Assembly: GCA_963705305.1 (NCBI GenBank)
Contig: OY970067.1
Coordinates: forward strand, 3,328,001-3,392,000
Direction of reading: 5' to 3'
DNA from: an uncultured Methylomirabilota bacterium
GTDB lineage: Bacteria > Methylomirabilota > Methylomirabilia > Methylomirabilales > 2-02-FULL-66-22
DNA length: 64,000 nt
Shown here: positions 39,598-50,685 of the stretch, one piece after another
Layout of the letters: each line of letters starts with the position of its first letter
Position numbering within the stretch: position 1 is the first letter of the stretch
Notes under the pieces: generated by a model
Seen by the model: the letters and a program-made list of their open reading frames with translations, nothing else
Databases searched by the model: none
Told to the model about the DNA's origin: nothing
Made by a program: the position numbers and the translations under genes

Positions 39598-39996
39598 GGG
39601 GCCCCACAAGTAAGCCGCTGCGTTGGCTGCCCCAGGAGCGTGCATGAGGATCAATGGTTGCCGGCTGGCCGCCATCCATGCGGATGTCGCGGATAACATG
39701 GTCGAAACGGAACCGACGAACCGCGCGCCACCTCGCCGCTCAATTGGGGAAGATCCGAGCGACGGATCTGGGCCGCGACGCACTTTCTGGACAAAATCGG
39801 GTAAGCGCATAACCATAACGGGAACCCGAGATTCGGTTTCTTGCCGACATCGCCCAGCACGAGGGTTGGGTGCTCACATGAAGGGGTAAGGTCTCAGGCG
39901 GCGCACCTCGGGGCCGCCCGGATGGGCGATCAAGAGATCGGTGGCCGGCCCTGGAGGGGCACATGCGGCAGCAAGACCGCAAGAAAGGAAAAGGAA

Positions 39997-41346
39997 ATGA
40001 GACGCTGTGGGTGTCGAGTGTCGGTCTTCGCAGCCGGCCTTGCGATGGCCGTCGGAATGGTGCTGGCCGGAACCCCCAGTTATGCCCAGAGCGCTCCGAG
40101 TGTCGACTGGCAGAAATACTCCGGCACGACGCTCCGGGTCATGCTGAACAGCCACCCGTGGCAGAAGTTCATCCAGCCGCTGATTCCGGAATTCGAAAAG
40201 CAGACCGGAATCCACGTCCAGCTCGAGGTGTACCCGGAGGACCAGTTCCGGCAGAAGCTGCTGCTGGATCTCTCGTCCGGATCGACCGCGGTCGATGCGT
40301 TCATGTTCATGCCGGCCCAGGACCTCGCGCTGTATCGGAAGGAGGGCTGGCTGGCGCCGGTCGACAGCTACCTGAATACTCCGGCGCTGACGGCGTCCAC
40401 GTTCGATTACCACGATTTCTTCGAAGGGGTGACCGCCCGGTATAACGTGGACGGGAAGACGTACGGGATCCCGCTCCATGTCGAGACGTTCATCCTGTTC
40501 TACCGGACGGACCTCTTCCAGAAGTACGGCCTGAAGCCGCCCGAGACGATGCAGCAGCTCGAGGGGGCGGCGAAGGCCCTCAAGGAGGATTTGGCCAAGA
40601 GCGGGGAGACGGGGATCGTCCCGATCGCCATGCGCGGCAAGACCCCCGACGCGACCAGCTCGATGGTGAATTTCCTCTTCTCCTACGGAGGGACCTGGTT
40701 CAACCCGAACGGCTCCTGCGCCCTGGACAGCGCCGCCTCGCAGCAGGCCCTGACTTACTACGCCGATCTGCTCCGGAACTACGGCCCGTCGGATGCCACC
40801 AGCAACAGCTGGCAGGTCGACACGGAGCTGTTCGCGCAGGGCCATGCGGCCATGATGTTTGACAGCAACGTGTTCAAGTCCATCGTGTCCAATCCGCAGT
40901 CCTCCAAGGTGGTCGGGCACGTGGGCTATGCCGCGCTGCCGGCGGGGCCGGACAACAATCGCCATCCGACCGTGCTGACATGGGGGCTCGGCATCAACGC
41001 GGCCTCCCAGCAGAAGGAGGCCGCCTGGTACTCCATCCAGTGGGCGCTCGGCCCGCAGAATCAGCTCGGCTACCTGGAGGCGGGGGGGCCTGCGGCCCGC
41101 GCCTCAGCCTGGAAGGATCCGCGGTTCCTGAGCAGCCCCGGCTACTCCAAAACCTGGGTGGACGTGTCCGAGCTCCAGTTCCGCATTGCGCGCGGCGACT
41201 GGAACCCTCCCGTCGTGAACGTCCAGGGCGGGCGGAACGCCTACGGATTGGCGATCGTCGGCGCCATCGAGGGAGGCCAGGTCCCCTCGCTCCTCACGCA
41301 GGCGTGCCAGGGCATGGACGAGGTCGTGAAAGAGTTTGGCAGATAA
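39997..41346 (+). CDS. Carbohydrate ABC transporter substrate-binding protein
   Basis: Signal peptide; PEFEKQTGI, YGIP, FYRTDLF, PET. Confidence 0.9.
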   Translation: MRRCGCRVSVFAAGLAMAVGMVLAGTPSYAQSAPSVDWQKYSGTTLRVMLNSHPWQKFIQPLIPEFEKQTGIHVQLEVYPEDQFRQKLLLDLSSGSTAVDAFMFMPAQDLALYRKEGWLAPVDSYLNTPALTASTFDYHDFFEGVTARYNVDGKTYGIPLHVETFILFYRTDLFQKYGLKPPETMQQLEGAAKALKEDLAKSGETGIVPIAMRGKTPDATSSMVNFLFSYGGTWFNPNGSCALDSAASQQALTYYADLLRNYGPSDATSNSWQVDTELFAQGHAAMMFDSNVFKSIVSNPQSSKVVGHVGYAALPAGPDNNRHPTVLTWGLGINAASQQKEAAWYSIQWALGPQNQLGYLEAGGPAARASAWKDPRFLSSPGYSKTWVDVSELQFRIARGDWNPPVVNVQGGRNAYGLAIVGAIEGGQVPSLLTQACQGMDEVVKEFGR

Positions 41347-41355
41347 CCGGCATGA

Positions 41356-41383
41356 CGTCGGGAGGGGGCGGCCCCTCCCGACG
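41356..41383 (+). terminator. Intergenic hairpin (mRNA-stabilising or partial terminator)
   Basis: 12-bp perfect stem CGTCGGGAGGGG/CCCCTCCCGACG with no U tract. Confidence 0.5.
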
Positions 41384-41468
41384 CCCGGCCCGGCGCGCCC
41401 GGCCCGGTCGGGACCTCCGCTGAATGACCGGAATGGGCGTCGGGATCCGGAGACCGAGAGGAGTGGCG

Positions 41469-42344
41469 ATGCACGGAAACTGGCTTGACCGGAACCTGTC
41501 CTGGATTTTTCCCCTGCCGGCCGTCGTCGCGGTCCTGTTGCTGGTCGTCGGTCCGATCTTTGCGAACCTGGTGTTCAGCTTGCAGGCCCGCAGCTGGGGG
41601 GGCTTCCCGATCCCGCACTTCATTGGACTCGGCAACTACTGGGCCGCCGTCCAGGATCCACGCTTCTGGAATTCCGTCGCCAACATGTTCTATTTCACCG
41701 TGATTGCGGTGCCCGTGGAAGCCGTCCTGGGCCTCGCCGTGGCGCTCTTGCTCAACCGCAAGATCTTCCTGAAAGGACTCATCCGCACCTTGGTGCTCCT
41801 GCCCATGATTGCCACCCCCGTGGCGATCGGGCTCATTTGGGCGCTCATGATGAACCCCGAGCTCGGCATCCTGAACCACTTTCTCCAGGTGATCGGCCTG
41901 CCCCGCATCCTCTGGGCCACCTCGCCCACGCTGGCGATCCCGTCGATCGCCCTGGTGGACATCTGGGAATGGACGCCGTTCATGGCTTTGATCCTCCTCG
42001 CGGCCCTGCAGTCCCTGAGCAGCGAGCCGCTGGAGGCCGCCGCCATTGACGGCGCGAACGCGTGGCAGCGGCTGGTCCGGATCGTCATCCCCCTGATCCG
42101 CCCGGCGATCGTCATCGCCCTCATTCTCCGCACCATCGACGCGCTGAAGACCTTCGACATCATCTACGTCATCACCCAGGGCGGGCCGGGCACGGCCTCG
42201 GAAACGCTCAACGTCTTCGCGTTCAAGACCAGCTTCCTGTATCTCCGCGTGGGCTATGCGGCCTCGTTGCTCGTGGTCCTGGCGCTGACCGTCGTGGGGA
42301 CGGCCGCGTTCCTGAACATTTGGTCGAGAGGTGCCCAGGCATGA
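41469..42344 (+). CDS. Carbohydrate ABC transporter permease
   Basis: FIGLGNY, EAAAIDGA EAA motif, TQGGPG. Confidence 0.93.
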   Translation: MHGNWLDRNLSWIFPLPAVVAVLLLVVGPIFANLVFSLQARSWGGFPIPHFIGLGNYWAAVQDPRFWNSVANMFYFTVIAVPVEAVLGLAVALLLNRKIFLKGLIRTLVLLPMIATPVAIGLIWALMMNPELGILNHFLQVIGLPRILWATSPTLAIPSIALVDIWEWTPFMALILLAALQSLSSEPLEAAAIDGANAWQRLVRIVIPLIRPAIVIALILRTIDALKTFDIIYVITQGGPGTASETLNVFAFKTSFLYLRVGYAASLLVVLALTVVGTAAFLNIWSRGAQA

Positions 42345-43192
42345 ACGCAGGGGTGGCGACACGACATCGCGGACGCAAAAAGTATCCGCAGGTTCGGGCG
42401 TGGCTCGCGGGTGCGGGGCTCTGGGTGGTGGTGCTGGTGCTGCTGTTCCCCTTCGTGTGGATGGTCCTGATGTCCCTGCGCAACCAGGTGCAGAACACCA
42501 GCGCGATCCCGGTATGGATCTTCGCGCCCACCCTCGAAAACTACCAGGCGGTGCTCCAGCAGCAGCATTTCCTCTCCTACACCTGGCATTCGTTCGTGGT
42601 GGCCATGCTGGCCACCGGCATCGGGCTCGTGATCGGCCTGCCGGCGGCCTACACGATCAGCCGGTACAGACAGCGCAAGCTGGCCTTCGCGATCCTGGCG
42701 GCCCGGATCACCCCCTACATCACGTTCCTGGTGCCGTGGTTCGCGGCGTTTCGCATCCTCCACCTGGTGGACACCTACACGGCGCTCGTCTCCACCTTCC
42801 TGATCGTGAGCCTCCCCCTGATCATCTGGCTCATGATCACGTTCTTCGACGACGTGCCGATGGAACTGGAGGAGGCGGCCAAGGTCGACGGAGCAGGAGA
42901 GGCCGAGGCGTTCGTGCGCATCGTGCTTCCGCTGTCGGGGCCGGGGATCGTGGCCGCGGCGATCCTGGCCTTCATTTTCAGTTGGAATCAGTTTCTCTTT
43001 GCCCTGGTCCTGTCGGGCGAGAACACGCAGACGGTGCCGGTGGCGGTTTTCAACTTCATCACCTATGGCGAGATCAACTACGGCGGTCTCGCCGCGGCAG
43101 CCGTGCTGATTACCCTGCCGGTGGTGGTCCTGGCGCTGTTCATCCAGCGGTGGATCGTGCAGGGGCTCACCATGGGTGCAGTCAAAGGATAA
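42341..43192 (+). CDS. Carbohydrate ABC transporter permease
   Basis: EEAAKVDGA, FSWNQF, GLTMGAVKG. Confidence 0.93.
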   Translation: MNAGVATRHRGRKKYPQVRAWLAGAGLWVVVLVLLFPFVWMVLMSLRNQVQNTSAIPVWIFAPTLENYQAVLQQQHFLSYTWHSFVVAMLATGIGLVIGLPAAYTISRYRQRKLAFAILAARITPYITFLVPWFAAFRILHLVDTYTALVSTFLIVSLPLIIWLMITFFDDVPMELEEAAKVDGAGEAEAFVRIVLPLSGPGIVAAAILAFIFSWNQFLFALVLSGENTQTVPVAVFNFITYGEINYGGLAAAAVLITLPVVVLALFIQRWIVQGLTMGAVKG

Positions 43193-43255
43193 GGGGGCGC
43201 CAGCGCCGGCGTACGCGGTGCCGCTCATTCTGTGGTCCACAGACCAAAGGAGGCC

Positions 43256-45703
43256 ATGATGACACCTCCCGCCAAGCAACCAGCGGCAGCTCATGGAGAC
43301 ACGAGCCTCAGTGCCTACGGGCCGGCCCGCGCGACGATCGCCGGGACCCCGCTGAGCCCGGAGGAGCTCCGCCGGATCGACGCGTACTGGCAGGCCAGCC
43401 TCTACCTGTGCCTGGGGATGCTGTACCTCCGGGACAACCCCCTCCTCCGCGAGCCGCTCACGCTGGCGCACCTGAAGCCGCGGCTGCTGGGCCACTGGGG
43501 CTCGGATGCCGGCCAGGCCTTCACCTACATTCACTTCAACCGGCTCATCACCAAGTACGACCTGAACGCAATCTATATCTCCGGCCCCGGTCACGGGGCC
43601 CCGGCGGTCCTGGCCCAGGCCTACCTCGAGGGGACCTACGCCGAGATCTACCCCGACAAGAGCGAGGACCTGGCGGGGCTGCGGCGCTTCTTCAAGCAAT
43701 TCTCCTTTCCCGGGGGCATCGGCAGCCACGCCACCCCGGAAACGCCCGGCAGCCTCCACGAGGGGGGCGAATTGGGGTACAGCCTCTCCCACGCCTTCGG
43801 GACGGTCTTCGACCACCCGGATCTGATCGCCCTGGTGATGGTGGGCGACGGCGAGGCCGAGACCGGCCCCCTGGCCACCAGCTGGCACAGCAACAAGTTC
43901 CTCAACCCGATCACCGATGGGGCGGTCCTGCCGGTCCTGCATCTCAACGGCTACAAGATCAACAACCCCACCCTCCTGGCCCGCATCAGCCACGCGGAGC
44001 TGGAGGCGCTGTTCACGGGGTACGGGTACACCCCCTACTTCGTGGAGGGGAGCGACCCGCCGAGCATGCACCAGGCCATGGCCGCCACCCTGGAGCACTG
44101 CGTCCTGGCGATCCGCCAGGTCCAGGACGAGGCGCGGCCGACCGGCACGGCTGGCCGGCCGCGCTGGCCGATGATCGTCCTGCGGAGCCCCAAGGGCTGG
44201 ACGGCCCCCCGCGAGGTGGACGGCCACTACCTGGAAGGGTTCTGGCGGGCGCACCAGATCCCGCTCCCGGACGTCGCCACCAACCCGGCCCACCTGCACT
44301 TGCTGGAATCGTGGCTGCGCGGCTACCAGCCGGAGGCGCGCTTCGACCAGGACGGGCGGCTGATCCCCGAGCTGAAGGCCCTGGCCCCCACGGGGCCCCG
44401 GCGCATGAGCGCCAACCCCGTGGCCAACGGCGGCCTGCTGCGCCGGCCCCTGGACCTGCCGGACTTCCGGACGTTCGCCGTCGCGGTCAAGACCCCCGGC
44501 GGGACCCTGGCCGGGAACGTCCCCACCCTGGGCCTTTTCCTGCGGGACGTCATGCGATTGAACATGGACCGCTTCCGCCTCTTCGGGCCGGACGAGACCC
44601 AATCCAACAAGCTGGACGCCGTCTACGAGGTCGCCCCGAAGGTCTGGCTGGGGGAGGTCTTCCCGGAGGACGCCGACGGAGGCAATCTGGCCCCGCAGGG
44701 CCGGGTCATGGAGATGCTGAGCGAGCACACGGTGGAGGGGTGGCTGGAGGGCTACCTCCTGAGCGGCCGGCACGGCTTCATCAACAGCTACGAGCCGTTC
44801 ATCCACGTCATCGACTCCATGGTCAACCAGCACGCCAAGTGGCTGGAGAAGTGCAACGAGCTGCCCTGGCGCGCCAAGGTGGCGTCGCTCAACCTGCTGA
44901 TCACGGGGCTGGTCTGGCGGCAGGACCACAACGGCTTCACGCACCAGGATCCCGGCTTTCTGGATGTGGTCGTCAACAAGAGTCCGAGTGTCGTGCGCAT
45001 CTACCTGCCGCCCGACGCCAACTGCCTGCTGTCCGTGGCGGACCACTGCCTGCGCAGCCTGAACTACGTCAACGTCATCGTGGCGGACAAGCAGGTGCAC
45101 CTGCAGTACCTGGACCGGGAGGCGGCCGGGGCGCACTGCGCCAAGGGCGCCGGCATCTGGAGCTGGGCCAGCAACGACCAGGGGGCCGAGCCCGACGTGG
45201 TCATGGCGAGCTGCGGCAACGTCCCGACCATGGAGGCGCTGGCCGCCACGGCCCTGCTCCGCCAGCACCTGCCGGACATCACGGTGCGGTTCGTGAACGT
45301 CGTGGACCTGTTCAAGCTGGTGCCGCACACCGAGCATCCGCACGGGCTGACGGACCGCGAGTTCGGGGCCCTCTTCACCGCCACCAAGCCGGTGGTCTTC
45401 AACTTCCACTCGTACCCGTGGCTGATCCACCGGCTGACCTACCGGCGGCCCGGCCAGCACCACATCCACGTGCGCGGCTACAAGGAGAAGGGGAACATCA
45501 ACACGCCCCTGGAGCTGGCCATCCGCAATCAGACCGACCGCTTCAGCCTGGCCATCGACGCCATCGACCGGATCCCCCGCTTTGCCGAGACGGGGTCCGG
45601 CGTCCGCGAGGCGCTGCTCGACCAGCAGATCGCGTGCCTGCACCACGCCTACGAGTTCGGCGTGGATCGACCGGAGCTCACCGGCTGGACGTGGCCCTTC
45701 TGA
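43256..45703 (+). CDS. xfp: Xylulose-5-P/fructose-6-P phosphoketolase
   Basis: [47 protein letters not shown]. Confidence 0.96.
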   Translation: MMTPPAKQPAAAHGDTSLSAYGPARATIAGTPLSPEELRRIDAYWQASLYLCLGMLYLRDNPLLREPLTLAHLKPRLLGHWGSDAGQAFTYIHFNRLITKYDLNAIYISGPGHGAPAVLAQAYLEGTYAEIYPDKSEDLAGLRRFFKQFSFPGGIGSHATPETPGSLHEGGELGYSLSHAFGTVFDHPDLIALVMVGDGEAETGPLATSWHSNKFLNPITDGAVLPVLHLNGYKINNPTLLARISHAELEALFTGYGYTPYFVEGSDPPSMHQAMAATLEHCVLAIRQVQDEARPTGTAGRPRWPMIVLRSPKGWTAPREVDGHYLEGFWRAHQIPLPDVATNPAHLHLLESWLRGYQPEARFDQDGRLIPELKALAPTGPRRMSANPVANGGLLRRPLDLPDFRTFAVAVKTPGGTLAGNVPTLGLFLRDVMRLNMDRFRLFGPDETQSNKLDAVYEVAPKVWLGEVFPEDADGGNLAPQGRVMEMLSEHTVEGWLEGYLLSGRHGFINSYEPFIHVIDSMVNQHAKWLEKCNELPWRAKVASLNLLITGLVWRQDHNGFTHQDPGFLDVVVNKSPSVVRIYLPPDANCLLSVADHCLRSLNYVNVIVADKQVHLQYLDREAAGAHCAKGAGIWSWASNDQGAEPDVVMASCGNVPTMEALAATALLRQHLPDITVRFVNVVDLFKLVPHTEHPHGLTDREFGALFTATKPVVFNFHSYPWLIHRLTYRRPGQHHIHVRGYKEKGNINTPLELAIRNQTDRFSLAIDAIDRIPRFAETGSGVREALLDQQIACLHHAYEFGVDRPELTGWTWPF

Positions 45704-45787
45704 CCCCATTCCGAGGATATCTCACCGCCAAGGCGCCAGGGGCGGTATGGTCGGAATGGGCAAAAGGCCATTGGATCCTGAGGGCGT

Positions 45788-46426
45788 ATGGGCTTGACCC
45801 TCTACTTCCTCCGCCACGGGGAGACGCAGGCCAGCCAGACCGGTGGGTTTTGCGGGGATCTGGATGTGGATCTCACCACCGAAGGGTTCCACATGGCGAG
45901 AGATTTTGCCGCCGCCTATCAAGCGCTGCCGTGGGCGGCGGTCTTTTGCAGCCCGCTGCGCCGCAGTGTGGATACCGCCAGGCCGTTGTGCGATGCGGTG
46001 GGCCTCGAGATGCAACTGCGAGACGGCCTGAAGGAAATCGCCTACGGACGGTGGGAGGGAAAGACCCCCGAGGAGGTGAACCGCCAGTTCCACGATGAAT
46101 ATGTGAGCTGGCTGGCTGACCCGGGTTGGTATGCACCTACCGGGGGGGAACGGGGGGTGGATGTGGCCCGACGCAGCTCGATGGTGCTGGATGAGATCGA
46201 ACGGGTGCACCCTACAGGCAATGTTCTGGTGGTATCCCACAAGGCCACGATCCGCATCATGCTGTGTTCCCTGCTGGGCATCGATGTGGGCCGCTATCGC
46301 GATCGCCTCGGCATGCCGGTGGCCTCGGTCGGCGTTGTGGAAATGACGGACCGGGGACCCTTGCTGAAGCTACTGGGGGATCGCTCGCACCTGCGGGAAA
46401 GCCTGCGCCTGCGGCCAGGCACGTGA
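45788..46426 (+). CDS. Histidine phosphatase (PGM-like) family protein
   Basis: LRHGET, SPLRR, YGRWEG, VSH. Confidence 0.92.
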   Translation: MGLTLYFLRHGETQASQTGGFCGDLDVDLTTEGFHMARDFAAAYQALPWAAVFCSPLRRSVDTARPLCDAVGLEMQLRDGLKEIAYGRWEGKTPEEVNRQFHDEYVSWLADPGWYAPTGGERGVDVARRSSMVLDEIERVHPTGNVLVVSHKATIRIMLCSLLGIDVGRYRDRLGMPVASVGVVEMTDRGPLLKLLGDRSHLRESLRLRPGT

Positions 46427-46543
46427 GGGCCGATTTTCCGCCAGGTGATTGTTCTGGTCCGGCCTTATACTGACTCTCGAATCCGGGTTGAATCCGTTAT
46501 GGGCCGACGCGCAGTGCATTCCAGGCTGAAGGAGACCATCACA

Positions 46544-49054
46544 ATGGCTGAACTCGCCATCATTACCGGGGATGAGGCCAAGGAAAAGAGCGTTGAGGAC
46601 CTGTTCACCCAACTCCACAGCAGCCCCCAGGGCTTGACCGGCGCCGAGGCTGCGAGGCGCCTGGCGCAGTATGGTCCGAACTCCATTCAAGAAAAGAAGG
46701 TGAACCCTCTCCTAAAATTCCTGAGTTATTTCTGGGGGCCCATCCCCTGGATGATCGAGGCCGCCGCGGTCCTGTCCGCCGTGGTGCGACACTGGGTGGA
46801 TCTGATCATTATTGCCGTGTTGCTGGTCTTCAACGCGGTCGTCGGATTCTGGCAGGAGTATCAGGCGGCCAGCGCGGTGGAAGCCTTGAAGAAACAATTG
46901 GCCCTGAAGGCCCGGGTCAAGCGCGACGGGACATGGCAGGAAGCCGACGCCGCGACGCTGGTGCCGGGGGATACCCTCCGCCTGCGCCTGGGGGACATCA
47001 TCCCGGCGGATGTCAAGCTCACCGAGGGCGACTACCTCAGCGTGGACCAATCGGCCTTGACTGGCGAGTCGCTTCCGGTGGATAAGAAAGCGGGAGATGT
47101 GGGCTACGCCGGCTCTGTGGCCAAGCAGGGGGAGATGGGGGCCCTGGTGACGGCCACGGGGGCAAATACGTACTTCGGCAAGACCGCCGGACTGGTCTCG
47201 TCGGCGAAGTCGGTCTCGCACTTCCAGAAGGCGGTCCTGACCATCGGGGATTATCTGATCTATCTCAGCTTGGGCCTGGCGACCCTGCTCGTCCTGACCA
47301 TGCTCCTCCGGGGGGCCTCCCTCTTTACCCTCTTCCAGTTCGCGCTGATCCTGATTGTGGCGTCCATCCCCGTGGCCATGCCTGCCGTCCTGTCCGTGAC
47401 CATGGCGATCGGCGCGGTCGTCCTGGCGCGGATGAAGGCGATCGTCACCCGGCTGGAGTCCATCGAAGAGATGGCCGGCATGGACATCCTCTGCTCGGAC
47501 AAGACCGGGACGCTGACCCAGAACAAGCTCACGCTCGGCGAGCCGGCACTCTTCGGCGCGAAGGATGTCCAAGAGCTGATTCTCGCCGGAGCCCTGGCCT
47601 CCAAGGGGGAGAATCGTGATGCCATCGACGCCGCGGTGCTTAAAGGGCTATCAGATCCAAAGGCATTGGATCGCTTCGAGCAGGTGAAGTTCGTCCCCTT
47701 CGATCCGGTGCACAAGCGCACCGAAGCGGAGATCACAGGTCGGGACGGGAAATCGTTCAAGGTCACCAAGGGAGCCCCGCAGGTGATCCTGGGCCTGTGT
47801 AACCCGGACAGGGAGCTGTCCGACAGGGTGAATGCCAAGGTGGACGCGTTCGCCAAGCAGGGCTCCCGCACCCTGGGAGTGGCCCGGGCCGACGACGGAT
47901 CCACCTGGCATTTCCTGGGCATTCTGCCCCTGTCGGATCCGCCCCGGGAGGACTCCGCCGACACCATCCGGCGGGCGGGCGAGCATGGAATCCAGGTCAA
48001 GATGGTCACCGGGGATAACCTGGCCATCGCCAAGGAGATCGCGTCCCAGCTTCACCTCGGAACAAACATTCACGTGGCGGAGGAATTTTTCGGCAAGGGT
48101 TCCGATCAGGGATCCATGTCCCCGAAACAGGCGGAACAGGTCGAGGCGGCAGAGGGTTTTGCGCAGGTCTTCCCGGAGCACAAGTTCGAAATCGTGAAAA
48201 CCCTCCAGGCGCGGGACCACATCGTCGGCATGACCGGCGACGGGGTGAACGACGCCCCGGCTCTCAAACAGGCCAATACGGGCATCGCCGTGAGCGGGGC
48301 GACCGACGCTGCCCGGGCGGCGGCGGCCCTGGTGCTGACGGCCCCGGGGCTGTCGGTCATCATCCAGGCGGTGGAGACCGCCCGAACGATCTTCGAGCGG
48401 ATGAACAGTTACGCCATCTACCGGATCACCGAAACGATCCGCATCATGTTCTTCGTGGTCCTGGCGATGATCGTCTTCCACTTCTACCCGATCACCACCA
48501 TCATGATCATCCTGCTGGCCCTGCTCAACGATTTACCCATCATGACCATCGCCTACGACAACACCTGGCTGGACCCCAAACCGGTGAAGTGGGAGATGCG
48601 GCGGGTCTTGACCGTGGCCACAGGGCTGGGGCTGATCGGCGTGGCGGAAACCTTCGGTCTCCTGGTCATCGCCATTCTGTGGTTGAAGCTCGACCAGGCC
48701 CAGATCCAGTCCTTCATCTATCTCAAACTGGCGGTGGCAGGTCACCTGACGCTCTTCGTGGCCCGCACCCGTCGCCCATTCTTCACCCGGCCGTACCCGG
48801 CACCCATACTTCTCATCGCCATTCTCGGCACCCAATTGATAGCGGCCATGATCGTGGGCTTCGGCTGGCTGGTGGCCCCGATTCCCTGGTCGTACGTGGG
48901 CCTGGTGTGGGGGTATTGTCTGGTTTGGATCTTCATCGAAGACTGGGCCAAGCTGCATATCTACCACCACCTGGCCCTGACCAGGAAGGAACACAGGGAC
49001 TTCCTGGACAGGGTCAAGGGGCATATGCACCCGCACGGCGCCATTCACCGCTAG
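46544..49054 (+). CDS. Type IIIA P-type H+-exporting ATPase
   Basis: FWGPIPWMIE, TGESLP, IPVAMPAV, DKTGTLT, FDPV.KRT, KGAP, TGDGVNDAPAL. Confidence 0.95.
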   Translation: MAELAIITGDEAKEKSVEDLFTQLHSSPQGLTGAEAARRLAQYGPNSIQEKKVNPLLKFLSYFWGPIPWMIEAAAVLSAVVRHWVDLIIIAVLLVFNAVVGFWQEYQAASAVEALKKQLALKARVKRDGTWQEADAATLVPGDTLRLRLGDIIPADVKLTEGDYLSVDQSALTGESLPVDKKAGDVGYAGSVAKQGEMGALVTATGANTYFGKTAGLVSSAKSVSHFQKAVLTIGDYLIYLSLGLATLLVLTMLLRGASLFTLFQFALILIVASIPVAMPAVLSVTMAIGAVVLARMKAIVTRLESIEEMAGMDILCSDKTGTLTQNKLTLGEPALFGAKDVQELILAGALASKGENRDAIDAAVLKGLSDPKALDRFEQVKFVPFDPVHKRTEAEITGRDGKSFKVTKGAPQVILGLCNPDRELSDRVNAKVDAFAKQGSRTLGVARADDGSTWHFLGILPLSDPPREDSADTIRRAGEHGIQVKMVTGDNLAIAKEIASQLHLGTNIHVAEEFFGKGSDQGSMSPKQAEQVEAAEGFAQVFPEHKFEIVKTLQARDHIVGMTGDGVNDAPALKQANTGIAVSGATDAARAAAALVLTAPGLSVIIQAVETARTIFERMNSYAIYRITETIRIMFFVVLAMIVFHFYPITTIMIILLALLNDLPIMTIAYDNTWLDPKPVKWEMRRVLTVATGLGLIGVAETFGLLVIAILWLKLDQAQIQSFIYLKLAVAGHLTLFVARTRRPFFTRPYPAPILLIAILGTQLIAAMIVGFGWLVAPIPWSYVGLVWGYCLVWIFIEDWAKLHIYHHLALTRKEHRDFLDRVKGHMHPHGAIHR

Positions 49055-49214
49055 GCTGGCGACACCCGCCTCCTGGCAATGGGCGCGACTCATCCAGCCG
49101 GGACGTGTGTTCTCTGACCCGCCTGGCCGCGGGCCTCGGCTCCGCCCGCGCGATCCAGCGCGGATGGGAGGCGCTGTTTAACAAGAATAAGGAGGAGTAG
49201 AGGAGTCGACAATT

Positions 49215-49469
49215 ATGCCAGGGCCGGAGGTCGTCCCTGTCCACGTGGGAGCCCGCCAGTCGCCGCTCGTGGTGGCGGTATACATGGACGTGGCGATCCT
49301 GCGCGGACTCTGGGAGGGCCTCCCCACCACCCTGGTCCCCCTCGTGGCCTCGTGGGGGGACGTGTTGATCGGGCAGACGCTGGTCGGGACCATCGGTCTC
49401 GTGATCCTCTGGCGCCGCTGGCGGGAGGCCATGCGGCTCCAGCTCCTGCAGGAGGGCACGGCATGCTGA
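49215..49469 (+). CDS. Small hypothetical membrane protein
   Basis: GAGGAG RBS, hydrophobic segments, overlaps the next gene. Confidence 0.4.
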   Translation: MPGPEVVPVHVGARQSPLVVAVYMDVAILRGLWEGLPTTLVPLVASWGDVLIGQTLVGTIGLVILWRRWREAMRLQLLQEGTAC

Positions 49470-50605
49470 GTCGCCACGCGGTTCCCGTGGGTCGGATCCT
49501 GGGGATCCCCATCGATCTCGACCCCTCCTGGTTCCTGATCATTGCGCTCCTCACCTGGATCCTGGCCGTGGGGTACTACCCGGCCGAGTTCCGGGGCTGG
49601 CCGAGCGCGGAGTACTGGATCGCGGGGGCCCTGACGGCCGGCCTCCTCTACGCGAGCGTCCTCCTGCACGAGCTCGGCCATTCCGTGGTTGCCCTCCGCT
49701 ACCAGATCCCGGTCCGGCGCATCACGCTCTTCATCTTCGGCGGCGTGGCGGAGATCGCCACCGAGCCCCCCAGTCCCACGGCCGAATTCTGGATCGCCCT
49801 CGCCGGGCCCGCCGTGAGCGCCTGCCTAGCCGCGGCCTTTTACGTGGGGGAGCCCCTCGTGCGGCACGCCTCGGCCCCCTTCGCCGTGGTCGAGTATATG
49901 GCCTACATCAACGGCGCCCTGGTGCTCTTCAACCTGATCCCCGGCTTCCCCCTGGATGGCGGGCGCATCTTCCGGGCCATCGTCTGGGGGCTCACCCGGA
50001 ACCTGGGCCGCGCGACCGTGATCGCCGGCAACGTCGGGCGGTTCTTCGGGTTCCTGTTCATCCTGGCCGGGGTGTGGCAGATCCTGGGAGGCGAGGTCGC
50101 CAACGGGCTCTGGATCGCCTTCATCGGCTGGTTCCTGGAGAGTGCCGCGGTGGCCCAGATCCAGCGCCAGAGGGTCCACGGGCTCTTCACCGGTCACACG
50201 GTGACCGAGGCCATGAGCCAGGGCTACCCGGAGATTGCGGATGACGCCGTCCTGCAGGAGCTCTGGGACGCCCACCTCCTTCGCGCGGGGCGGCGGAGCG
50301 TGGTCGTGAAAACCGGGGACGAGATGCGCGGGCTGCTGACCCTCCACGCGCTGCAAGCGGTGCCCCAGGCCCAGTGGCCGACGACCCCCGTGGCCCAGGT
50401 GATGATCCCGGTCGCCAAGCTGAAGCGGGTCCGGCCCGAGACGGATCTCGATGCCGCCCTGGGGGAGATGGACCGCGACGGGGTGAATCAGCTCCCGGTG
50501 ATGGCGGAGGGCCGGCTCCTGGGGATGCTCAGCCGCGAGGACCTGGTCGGCTTCCTCCGGCGGCTCCGACCGCCGGGTGGCGGGCCGTGGGGGCCGCGCC
50601 GCTAG
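49463..50605 (+). CDS. Site-2 protease (M50) with CBS domains
   Basis: HELGH, FNLIPGFPLDGGR, C-terminal CBS pair. Confidence 0.93.
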   Translation: MLSRHAVPVGRILGIPIDLDPSWFLIIALLTWILAVGYYPAEFRGWPSAEYWIAGALTAGLLYASVLLHELGHSVVALRYQIPVRRITLFIFGGVAEIATEPPSPTAEFWIALAGPAVSACLAAAFYVGEPLVRHASAPFAVVEYMAYINGALVLFNLIPGFPLDGGRIFRAIVWGLTRNLGRATVIAGNVGRFFGFLFILAGVWQILGGEVANGLWIAFIGWFLESAAVAQIQRQRVHGLFTGHTVTEAMSQGYPEIADDAVLQELWDAHLLRAGRRSVVVKTGDEMRGLLTLHALQAVPQAQWPTTPVAQVMIPVAKLKRVRPETDLDAALGEMDRDGVNQLPVMAEGRLLGMLSREDLVGFLRRLRPPGGGPWGPRR

Positions 50606-50685
50606 CAGGCCGGGGAGGGACGAGCGATCGGGAATGCGGAGCCGGGCGAGAGGCAGTTTGGGAACCCATCTTAGGAGGCAACACC

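Noticed and set aside
30468..46098. Very long alternative-frame or antisense ORFs (e.g. 30468-33848 -, 42254-45709 -, 42331-46098 +)
   Set aside because: Shadow ORFs of high-GC genes; low-complexity translations without motifs
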